64,000 nucleotides of DNA. Source: Planctomycetaceae bacterium. GTDB lineage: Bacteria > Planctomycetota > Planctomycetia > Pirellulales > Pirellulaceae. Below are positions 47,101 to 54,647 of this stretch, piece by piece (position 1 is the first letter of the stretch; each line of letters starts with the position of its first letter). Made by a program: the position numbers and the translations under genes. The DNA lies in NCBI GenBank assembly GCA_024232675.1, contig JAAEPL010000182.1, positions 19,214 through 83,213 on the forward strand, written 5' to 3'. Under the pieces are notes generated by a model. It did not search any database. It was not told the origin of the DNA and saw only the letters and a program-made list of their open reading frames with translations.

Positions 47101-47934
47101 TTCGAACGACTTTCCATTTTTATTTCGGAATAGGTAATCTTCGCGACCCTTCTGCGTAAGCCGATACTTGCCTTCTCCGCGAGGAACTAATTTAAAGTAA
47201 TCGGCGTACTGCTCTTCCAACTGCAATTCGTTATCTGGGCCACGGACCATATCGAAATCTTTTATCCAGCCCTCTTCGTTGTAGATGCGATTGGTCAATA
47301 AATACAAATCGAGCCAGCCGTCATTATCCAGATCTCCAAAGTAAGCCATCAAACTTGCGTCCGTGATATCGACGCCGAACTCTGCGCCGCGTTCTTCGAA
47401 ATGCCCAGAACCATCGTTGAGCCAAAGTTGGTTGGGAGAAAGGTAGTTGCAGAGATAGAGATCGAGGTCGCCGTCATTGTCGAAATCAACCAAACTAGCG
47501 CCGACTGACCATGGGTTGCTTGGGTCAGTCATACCGGAGGTGTCGGTTGCATCCTCGAATTTCATGTCGCCGACCTGCACATAAAGTCGACTTGGTCGCG
47601 CTGATCCAGCGCAAAAAATATCCGGCTTGCCATCTCCATTGACATCACCAATGGCAATCCCACCTGCCACGAATCCACTGTGGTAGAGTCTCGATAATTC
47701 GTGGTCCGGGACTACTTTGGTTGCAAAATCTAATCCCGTTTGGGCGACTTCCAATCGCGTGAACTTGCCCGAACTCTCCCCTGTCCGAGCATGGGGCGAA
47801 AGCGAGATTCCTGTCTCAACTGCTTGCGATTCGACCGTGTCAGATTCTTGGCTTCCCAAAATGAAAAGCGAACTGAAAAGCATCAGGACCGATGGCAATA
47901 AAATGCAATGGAACAATGAAAAACCTGTATTCAA
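44188..47934 (-). CDS. CRTAC1-like FG-GAP/VCBS repeat protein with two ASPIC/UnbV modules
   Basis: Many FG-GAP/VCBS Ca-binding repeats are present (GDVNGDGKPDIF, DFDNDGDLDLY, DLDNDGWLDLY, DLDGDGDVDLV, DADGDGDLDVY and others). There are two UnbV_ASPIC-like segments: GIGAKVRVESPLGQQVAEF...LTVEWPSG in the middle and AIGAWVEVWTQDGQVQV...ILVRWPNG at the C-terminus. The apparent start at 47934 is TTG. Confidence 0.83.
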   Translation of the reverse strand: MNTGFSLFHCILLPSVLMLFSSLFILGSQESDTVESQAVETGISLSPHARTGESSGKFTRLEVAQTGLDFATKVVPDHELSRLYHSGFVAGGIAIGDVNGDGKPDIFCAGSARPSRLYVQVGDMKFEDATDTSGMTDPSNPWSVGASLVDFDNDGDLDLYLCNYLSPNQLWLNDGSGHFEERGAEFGVDITDASLMAYFGDLDNDGWLDLYLLTNRIYNEEGWIKDFDMVRGPDNELQLEEQYADYFKLVPRGEGKYRLTQKGREDYLFRNKNGKSFEDITQQANITGDGHGLSAVLWDYDQDNDLDIYVCNDFQDPDRLYENLGNGRFKDVIRDTFKHTSWFSMGSDIADVNNDGRTDLLTVDMSATNHYLSKVMMGSMSTHAYFLDTAEPRQYMRNFLHLNAGKTDSAPTHKPKPRFLETGQLSGISSTNWSWAPVMRDFDADGHVDLFVTNGHVRNFNNPDVGTDKTETQTKKTYWDIHKGEKPMPQVNKTFHNLDGTHFEPIGEKWGLDHLGISYAAAAGDLDGDGDVDLVVMNIDEPVSIFRNDIGKTNNLTVRLQGTRSNRSGIGAKVRVESPLGQQVAEFSPQRGYLSSHEPALHFGMGNHPTLQRLTVEWPSGAIQTYQNLPSNQVVTLTETSPPSKTAKAPTATPLFEQLDSMGIAKRDENNFDDFILQPLLPNKLSQLGPGIALGDLDQNGRDELYLAAPAGQPKSLHLLPAQPNSDEQLFFFGKPLETNKAIEEMAPLFFDADGDGDLDVYVVSGGVENGGNKELLRDQLLINQGALKFTAADVGALPDTRFSGSAVAAADYDRDGDLDLFLGGRLVEGAYPTTPPSMLLRNESSEQDRPKFVNATSDDSTGLQQPGMVTSALWSDVNADGWLDLMVCVEWGPVRIYLNQQGKLVESSEACGTAGRLGWWNGITAGDFDRDGDMDYIASNLGQNTKYHASIKKPSRIYFGRFGENETPSIIETKTTADCELPVRGKSCSQHAMPHLSNKFPTYHEFALAELTDIYTPDEIDSAEKFEVNELNSCILWNDGTGQFSFEPLPWMAQVAPSFGVVSLDANADGWRDVFLAQNFFTPQRETGRMAGGLGTLLLGDESGEFTPQWPHQSGIAIPNDAKGVVIGDFNDDLKPDLAVAINDQTPAFLLNRSTAFPHLVLELEGNKGNPQAIGAWVEVWTQDGQVQVLESHAGGGYLSQSTARLHAGLGDQTVEKILVRWPNGTTQEFPPPTSTAAPVLLKQSGK

Positions 47935-48149
47935 GTTGCGGGGAACGAGATTAATCTAGCAGATGCCGAGCTTTCCATTATAAAACGAAAAAGCCCTGTT
48001 GTAAAAATTACCGCGGTATCAATAGGGTACGGACACCCTTGCTGTGAAAGCTGGGTAATATTCCCAAACGGGACCGTCAAATGAAACATTTCATCATTAA
48101 CGACTGTTTCTGGCCGGCATGATTCAACCAGTGCTGTAGCAGTGCTAAA

Positions 48150-48566
48150 TCAACTTGCATTGATCAGCGGTTCGGAAAGGTCCGTTAGAGTAACGGTCAT
48201 GCTCCAGTCCTGAATGTCTACTGCGGCGTTTTTCACAGATCCGGGGCTTTCTTCCGCGTTGACGACGATGGCATCTCCGGATGTGGTGAATATCACATAA
48301 TCAAGACCTTGCGTATCGATTTGCTGTATTGCTCCCAACTCGGGATGCGTGATCGATTTAATGAGGGCTTTGCGGACCTGGCAATTCGTGGCAGCACTCA
48401 GTTGATTAAAAAAAACAAAATCGTACTGCTCCACATCGGGAAGGTCGGAAGGCGGGTTTTGAAAAAACCACAATGTGGACGTTTGGTGCAACTGCAGTGG
48501 TTGATCCATCTCGTACCAGCCGGGCATCCAAAGAGCATTGTGCAGAGTTGGCTCGGTCGAATTCAT
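48150..48566 (-). CDS. hypothetical protein (138 aa)
   Basis: This is an ATG-initiated ORF in an otherwise empty interval. No motif was recognised. Confidence 0.45.
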   Translation of the reverse strand: MNSTEPTLHNALWMPGWYEMDQPLQLHQTSTLWFFQNPPSDLPDVEQYDFVFFNQLSAATNCQVRKALIKSITHPELGAIQQIDTQGLDYVIFTTSGDAIVVNAEESPGSVKNAAVDIQDWSMTVTLTDLSEPLINAS

Positions 48567-48778
48567 GGGGGTATTTTCTTTGGGGCGTCGGTGTTTCTAA
48601 AATCTTAAGTAGGTTAGGCTTGGCTGACAAGTTTCCCCGGGCGATTCGTGTCCGACAAATTGGGAAAAGAATTTCCCATACCGCCAATTCACGCTGTTAT
48701 GGATTGCTTGGTCCTCACATAATTAATCCGCACGTTTCTGCTTAATACCACTCCTGCGAAAATGCTTTTGGAAATTCC

Positions 48779-49807
48779 ATGGACTCTCCTCTCATACTGG
48801 CCCTCGAGACTACTTGCGACGAAACTGCTGCAGCGGTTGTAACGCGGGGACCTGCTGTGCTTGCCAGCGTTGTAGCTAGCCAAGCTGAGTTACATGAAAA
48901 GTTCCGCGGCGTAGTACCCGAGTTGGCCGCACGCGCACATATCGAGCGAATCCTGCCGGTTATCGAAGAAACCCTCCGCAAAGCGAAGATTTCGTTGAGC
49001 GAATTGGATGCGATTGCTGTCGCCAACGAACCAGGCCTGTCGGGGTCTTTGATCGTTGGATTAATGGCTGCGAAGTCACTCGCATTAGCAACTGGCAAGC
49101 CGTTGATCGCTATCAATCATTTGAATGCACATATTTACGCTTGTCAGTTCGACGAGCTGGAATCGATTTTTCCTTGTGTGGGATTGGTGGTAAGCGGCGG
49201 GCATAGTCATTTATACCGGTGTGAAAGTGCATTCGACTTCGAACTTTTAGGTGGGACCATCGATGATGCGGCCGGCGAAGCGTTTGATAAAGTCGCTAGT
49301 ATGCTTGGGCTTCCCTATCCCGGCGGTCCGGCAATTTCCAAAGTGGCCGAACAGGGTAACCCTCAGGCGTATGATTTTCCCCGCAGTTTCATTAGGGAAA
49401 CCAGCCGCTTGGAATTTAGTTTTAGCGGTTTGAAGACAGCGGTCCGTTACGCGATTGCAGGAACCGGTGCCGTAGATTTTTCAAGTTTAGATCTCTCGCC
49501 ACAGACAATTGCAGACGTGGCTGCAAGTTTTCAACAAGCAGTGGTGGAATGCTTAGTAGCCAAAAGTTTCCAGGCTATGGAATACACGCAGTTAAAAACT
49601 CTTTGCGTGGGTGGCGGGGTTGCCGCTAATCGAGTGTTGCGTCATAAGCTGGCAGAAATTGCTGAGATACATGGCGTGAAGCTTTGTATTTCAAGACCCG
49701 ATCTGTGTACCGATAATGCGGTGATGGGTGCGATCGCTCTCGAGAAATATGATGCCCGGCAATTTGAAACACTGGAACTTGATATCCGGGCTGGTTTAGT
49801 ACGCTAG
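48779..49807 (+). CDS. tsaD: tRNA N6-adenosine threonylcarbamoyltransferase
   Basis: The translation contains LALETTCDETAAAVV, the metal site NHLNAH, LVVSGGHS and GLPYPGGP. Confidence 0.95.
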   Translation: MDSPLILALETTCDETAAAVVTRGPAVLASVVASQAELHEKFRGVVPELAARAHIERILPVIEETLRKAKISLSELDAIAVANEPGLSGSLIVGLMAAKSLALATGKPLIAINHLNAHIYACQFDELESIFPCVGLVVSGGHSHLYRCESAFDFELLGGTIDDAAGEAFDKVASMLGLPYPGGPAISKVAEQGNPQAYDFPRSFIRETSRLEFSFSGLKTAVRYAIAGTGAVDFSSLDLSPQTIADVAASFQQAVVECLVAKSFQAMEYTQLKTLCVGGGVAANRVLRHKLAEIAEIHGVKLCISRPDLCTDNAVMGAIALEKYDARQFETLELDIRAGLVR

Positions 49808-49826
49808 ATCGACTGCGTCCGACATC

Positions 49827-49876
49827 CAACGTGTGCGGTTTTGCAACGTGTGCGGTTTTGGGGCGCGTGCGGTGAA
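49827..49876. repeat. 17-nt tandem repeat, two perfect copies plus a degenerate third
   Basis: CAACGTGTGCGGTTTTG occupies 49827..49843 and 49844..49860. A degenerate copy, GGGCGCGTGCGGTGAA, follows. The repeat starts 20 nt after the tsaD stop. Confidence 0.9.
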
Positions 49877-50186
49877 CCTAAGTGGTCAGCAGCAACCGAG
49901 GACGCCAGTCTAAGGATGTTGGTTTAAGAGGCACGTAGGAATCTGGCGGAGTGCTCTGCAAAGAGCATCCCCGATCGTATTTATAAGGCAGATATCAAGT
50001 GTCTTCCCGCTCATGCCTTTTTACCTGACCAAGCGGAATTCCGTTTAGAACCTTTGGTTGGGTAATCACGGCTGATTCCATGAAAGCGAAGGAATTGCGC
50101 TGCGATTGGTTTCGATCTGTTACTTGCAACAACGATACAATAGAGAGAGGGCGTGCCACGCAAGATCATTGGGGAGTGCTTGACCG

Positions 50187-51719
50187 ATGAAATCCGAAAC
50201 AGACACATTGCAAAAACCGAACGGCTGGCGGAGCGTATTTGCTTGCGACCTGCGTTCTTTGGCCGCCATGCGAATCGCTTTGGGCGGATTGATCTTGGTC
50301 GATCTTGCCATGCGAGCGCGCTCCCTGACGGCGATGTATACGGATGAAGGTTTTTTCCCCCTGTCGATGTGGCACGAATACGTCAGGAATTTATCCGCTA
50401 CCACGGCACCACTTGGCTGGTCGATTCATGCGTTGCACGGCGGCGGTGTATTTCAAGGTTTTCTTTTCATCGTTGCTGCGGTGGCTGCCACGATGATGGT
50501 GCTTGGTTGGAAAACCAGGGTGGCTTGTGTGGTTAGTTGGGTGTTGCTCGTTTCGCTGCAAATGCGCAATCCGCATATTTTGCATTCGGGTGATGTGCTT
50601 TTTCGACTGGCATTATTTTGGAGTATGTTCCTGCCACTGAACGCGGTCTGGTCCCTCGATGCGAAAAAACGCGGATCTGAGGCATCGCTTATTCCAGTCT
50701 TCTCGGGTGCCACGATCGGTTTGATCCTGACGCTGTTCAGTCTGTATTTCTTTGCGGGAATCGCCAAGTTGAATGACTTCTGGTTCTCCGGAGAGGCGAT
50801 GGGATACGTGATGAAGCTGGACATCTACACGACGGCGTTTGGTAAGTGGTTAATGCAATGGCCACTGGTACTGAAAATTATTACGTGGGTCACTTTAGCA
50901 GGCGAGATTGTATTACCGGTGCTTTTGTTGACACCGTGGAAGAACGCGTTGTGGCGTCGGGTTGCTTTAGTGTTCTTTATCGGTTTGCATCTTGGTATTG
51001 CGGCGTGCATGAGTATCGGACTGTTTTCGCCGATCGCGATTGCCTGCTGGTTGGCTCTATTGCCGGGAACATTTTGGCTCGGATGGACCTCCTTTTTTTC
51101 CAAAGGGAGTTCCCAACAACCAACACCGCAAAAAGACTCAGCCTTGCCGACTTGGGCAAACGTGTTTTGTTTTTTTATGGTGGGTTATTTTCTCGCTTGG
51201 AACATTGCCACGATCAATCATCCGCTATGTCAAAAGTTCATGCCCCAAGAGGCTCGAGTGGTAGGGAAATGGCTTAACATGCGACAGTCATTTCGCATGT
51301 TTGATTTGCCACCCCCTTACAGCCCGTGGTTTGTTTACGAAGCGCAACTAAAAAACGGAGCAGCGGTTGATATTTTTCGCAACCAACCTGTTGATCATGA
51401 TCGCCCCAGTTCCATCCTGGCCACGATTCCGCAACATCATTGGCGACGTCTGCACCGAAATCTAGCTCGGCCTTCTTTCGAAAAATACCGAGTTCCGGTA
51501 GCTGAGTATATGGTGCGTCAATGGAACACCAGTCATGACGAAGATTCTCAAATCGTGACCGCCAAGACCACGGCCTATTTGGATGAGATTACCCGTGGTG
51601 CAGAGTCGAACGGGCTAATCACTCAGGTTTGGTATCAATACGGGGGCGAGATTGCCGACCAGCAGATGTTTGACGAGCTATTGGAGCAGGTCAAGCAAAA
51701 GGGAATCATTCTGCCTTGA
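50187..51719 (+). CDS. HTTM-domain (vitamin K-dependent gamma-carboxylase-like) membrane protein
   Basis: The N-terminal signature is DLRSLAAMRIALGGLILVDL. Multiple TM helices typical of HTTM/VKGC follow. The C-terminal ~190 aa form a soluble region. Confidence 0.78.
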   Translation: MKSETDTLQKPNGWRSVFACDLRSLAAMRIALGGLILVDLAMRARSLTAMYTDEGFFPLSMWHEYVRNLSATTAPLGWSIHALHGGGVFQGFLFIVAAVAATMMVLGWKTRVACVVSWVLLVSLQMRNPHILHSGDVLFRLALFWSMFLPLNAVWSLDAKKRGSEASLIPVFSGATIGLILTLFSLYFFAGIAKLNDFWFSGEAMGYVMKLDIYTTAFGKWLMQWPLVLKIITWVTLAGEIVLPVLLLTPWKNALWRRVALVFFIGLHLGIAACMSIGLFSPIAIACWLALLPGTFWLGWTSFFSKGSSQQPTPQKDSALPTWANVFCFFMVGYFLAWNIATINHPLCQKFMPQEARVVGKWLNMRQSFRMFDLPPPYSPWFVYEAQLKNGAAVDIFRNQPVDHDRPSSILATIPQHHWRRLHRNLARPSFEKYRVPVAEYMVRQWNTSHDEDSQIVTAKTTAYLDEITRGAESNGLITQVWYQYGGEIADQQMFDELLEQVKQKGIILP

Positions 51720-51749
51720 GTTACTTTCCGCACCGGTTGTGGGGAAAAA

Positions 51750-52478
51750 TTATTTCAGTTCACCGGCAAGCAGTTTTTCTTCGGCGGCACTCTTCCTGCC
51801 ATACACCGGCACCAGTTGCATCGCGTCGACCGGGGACGCATTGTCAATCCGGCTGCATACTAGTTCGGCGACAGAGCTTGCTCGAGGCGTCCAATGTTGC
51901 GGTTCGGTCAATTCGAAAGGGGTGTTTTTCTTCAGCTTTTGATGCCAGCGTTGCAAACCAGGTCCAGAAACCAAAGTGGGATTTTCCAAGCTGTTGAGAA
52001 ACGTTTGCGGGTCTACGAGGGAGAAAGGTTCTCGGGTGGCGAAATCACCCTTTTCATCGAGCTCGAAAACTTGACTGAACCACTGCCCCCGTTGGGCGTC
52101 AATCACTGCGGCAATTTGTCGTGTTTTTGATGCCGGTTCACTCAACAGCGTTTGGGCGGCCTGCCACGCAATGACTGCGTGACTGGGAACCGAGTAAATG
52201 GGACAATCCAGCGCCCAAGCCAAGGTTTTGGCGGTCGCGACGCCGAGTCGCAACCCGGTAAACGAACCGGGCCCTATCGATATACTGATCGCCTCGACCT
52301 CATCAGGGCGTCGGTTCGCTTGTCTTAAAGCGGCATCAATTTGCGGCAAAAGGTTGGCAGAAGCGCGAGCTTCGGGTGTTTCGCATCGGTTTTGAAAGGT
52401 CTGCTGGCCGATTCGTAGGCAAATTGAAAAATCCCGGATCGAAGTCTCTATCGCTAGTTGAATCACCTGATTTACCAA
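51750..52478 (-). CDS. tsaB: tRNA threonylcarbamoyladenosine biosynthesis protein TsaB
   Basis: The translation contains LAIETSIRDFSICL and ISISIGPGSFTGLRLGVATAKTLAWAL. The start is uncertain: TTG at 52478, or GTG 12 nt downstream. Confidence 0.85.
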   Translation of the reverse strand: MVNQVIQLAIETSIRDFSICLRIGQQTFQNRCETPEARASANLLPQIDAALRQANRRPDEVEAISISIGPGSFTGLRLGVATAKTLAWALDCPIYSVPSHAVIAWQAAQTLLSEPASKTRQIAAVIDAQRGQWFSQVFELDEKGDFATREPFSLVDPQTFLNSLENPTLVSGPGLQRWHQKLKKNTPFELTEPQHWTPRASSVAELVCSRIDNASPVDAMQLVPVYGRKSAAEEKLLAGELK

Positions 52479-52726
52479 CTCCTGTTGTTTTAGCTGGGGT
52501 AGCTTTATTGATCCGTTAATATATCCAGCGGTCCGGAAAAAGGGCGTGCCTGCGGAATGCCGGAATTTTTGGAATTATCCATGTTTGTGTTCGGATTTGA
52601 AGCGGGCTGCTCGATTGAACATTTACGGGGAAAACCGTAAACTCTCCTGTTAACGATCCCTCTCCTGCATTACGCCGGCGTGCTGCATACCGGTCTTTTA
52701 GTGAAAACTTACGGAATTTTCTTTCT

Positions 52727-53494
52727 ATGGCATCGGGCACCAGAGCTTTAATCAGCGACATCCACGCCAATTACGAAGCACTGACTGCGGTATTGGCTCA
52801 TATTAAATCGCAGGGTATCGAACGAATCGTTTGTCTTGGTGACATTATCGGCTACGGTCCGGACCCCACCAAATGTCTTGATGCGGTCATGAATAACTGT
52901 GAACTCACGATCCTGGGTAACCACGATCAGGCGACCATTTTTGACCCAGAGGGTTTTAATCCTGTCGCGCTGAAAGCCATTTTTTGGACCCGTGATCAAT
53001 TAGAAAAAACCACCGATGGAGTGGATCGGTCAAACCGAAGATGGGACTTCATCGGTGAACTACCTCGGCGGCATGACGAGGGTGAGATTCTTTTCGTGCA
53101 TGGTTCACCCCGCGATCCAACCAACGAATATGTTTTCCCGGAACACGTGTACGAATCGCAAAGAATGGAAGTGCTATTCAGTCGATTTGAAAAATTCTGT
53201 TTTCAAGGGCATACCCACATTCCGGGAGTCTTTACGCAAGGCGGTAAATTCCATTCGCCTCACAGCATAAACAATCGTATGGCGTTAGGTTCCGAGAAGA
53301 TGATGTTCAACATAGGAAGCGTGGGACAACCACGCGATGAAGATCGCCGATCGTGTTACGTGGTCCTGAATGAAGATGAAGGTTACGTCGAATACCACCG
53401 GGTAGAATACGATCAGGAAGCTACCGCAAAAAAAATATACGCGATTCCTGATTTGGACAACATGCTGGGCGATCGATTGCTGCGTGGTTGCTAA
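52727..53494 (+). CDS. metallophosphoesterase (calcineurin-like) family protein, copy 1
   Basis: MPE motifs are present in order: ISDIHAN, GDIIGYGPDP, GNHD, VHGSPRDP, GHTH and GSVGQPRD. Confidence 0.85.
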   Translation: MASGTRALISDIHANYEALTAVLAHIKSQGIERIVCLGDIIGYGPDPTKCLDAVMNNCELTILGNHDQATIFDPEGFNPVALKAIFWTRDQLEKTTDGVDRSNRRWDFIGELPRRHDEGEILFVHGSPRDPTNEYVFPEHVYESQRMEVLFSRFEKFCFQGHTHIPGVFTQGGKFHSPHSINNRMALGSEKMMFNIGSVGQPRDEDRRSCYVVLNEDEGYVEYHRVEYDQEATAKKIYAIPDLDNMLGDRLLRGC

Positions 53495-53542
53495 ATCCTT
53501 GAAGTCCTTTTGTCGAAATAGAATTTCATTCAGGTCCGAAAA

Positions 53543-54286
53543 TTGAATCGTACAGCCATCATCAGTGATATCCATGGCAACGCCGAAGCACTCACGGCAG
53601 TCTTGGAAGATATAGCTCAACAACAGGTCGATCAAATTTATTGTTTGGGCGACGTGATCGGATACGGCCCGGATCCTTGCAAATGTATCGATCTCACGCG
53701 TGAATTCAAAATGTGCCTTTTGGGGAATCACGACAACGGCGCGCTCTTTGACCCCGAAGGATTTAGTAGCGGTGCAGAGAGAGCCATCTTTTGGACTCGC
53801 TCACAAATCGAGAAAGAATCAGGTGAGAATCAGTCTCGCTGGGCTTTCCTCGCTCGTTTGCCGAGAACCCAACGGGAAGGCGAAATGATGTTCGTGCACG
53901 GGTCACCTCGGAGTCCGCTGTGTGAATATGTTTTCCCCGAAGACATCTACAACGAACGTAAAATTCAGAGAATTTTTACATTCATCCAGCAGTACTGTTT
54001 TCAGGGACATACCCATGTTCCAGGCGTATTTACCGAAGACTGTCGTTTCATGTCTCCTCGCGACTTGAACGGTCAATATCGTCTAAGTGATCAAAAAGTC
54101 ATGGTCAATGTGGGAAGTGTGGGGCAACCTCGTGACAACGACCCACGCAGTTGTTACGTCATTTTAGACGGCAAAGACGTGATTTTTCGCCGAGTTGAGT
54201 ACGACTGGACCGTGACGCGGGATAAAATTTACGCGATTGCCGAGTTGGATGATTTTCTGGGCGATCGACTGGGTGAAGGGCGTTGA
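53543..54286 (+). CDS. metallophosphoesterase family protein, copy 2 (paralog of copy 1)
   Basis: The same motif series is present: ISDIHGN, GDVIGYGPDP, GNHD, VHGSPRSP, GHTH and GSVGQPRD. The protein is colinear with copy 1 over its full length. The start at 53543 is TTG. Confidence 0.85.
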   Translation: MNRTAIISDIHGNAEALTAVLEDIAQQQVDQIYCLGDVIGYGPDPCKCIDLTREFKMCLLGNHDNGALFDPEGFSSGAERAIFWTRSQIEKESGENQSRWAFLARLPRTQREGEMMFVHGSPRSPLCEYVFPEDIYNERKIQRIFTFIQQYCFQGHTHVPGVFTEDCRFMSPRDLNGQYRLSDQKVMVNVGSVGQPRDNDPRSCYVILDGKDVIFRRVEYDWTVTRDKIYAIAELDDFLGDRLGEGR

Positions 54287-54450
54287 TTCTCGTTCTGTCC
54301 GGTAGCTAATGCGTCCGTTTTTCTCCGGATGTGAAGATGGTCAAGATATTCCTGTTGTCAGTTGGTCTATTACAAGGCAACTGATTTGAGGAAATCCTCT
54401 CTAAGACCAAAGACTCCCCTTTCAGAATACTTGTTAATTTAGAGAATAAT

Positions 54451-54475
54451 GGGGCGGTTCCTGCGGTGCCGCCCC
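54451..54475 (+). terminator. GC-rich hairpin downstream of the phosphoesterase pair (weak terminator candidate)
   Basis: GGGGCGG-(11 nt)-CCGCCCC is followed by TCTGTGAT, which is a poor U-tract. Confidence 0.3.
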
Positions 54476-54647
54476 TCTGTGATATGTCACGAGGCGAGAA
54501 TTTTGGGCGTCGGATTAAACAGGCGTCGATTCGCAGAAAATGATCAGGCCTGTGGGACTAGCCTAACCGGTCTCATGACGGCCGCCGCCGGGGTAAACCT
54601 GACGGCATTGGTATATTCATATGACTTTTATCTGAACGGTTTACTCC

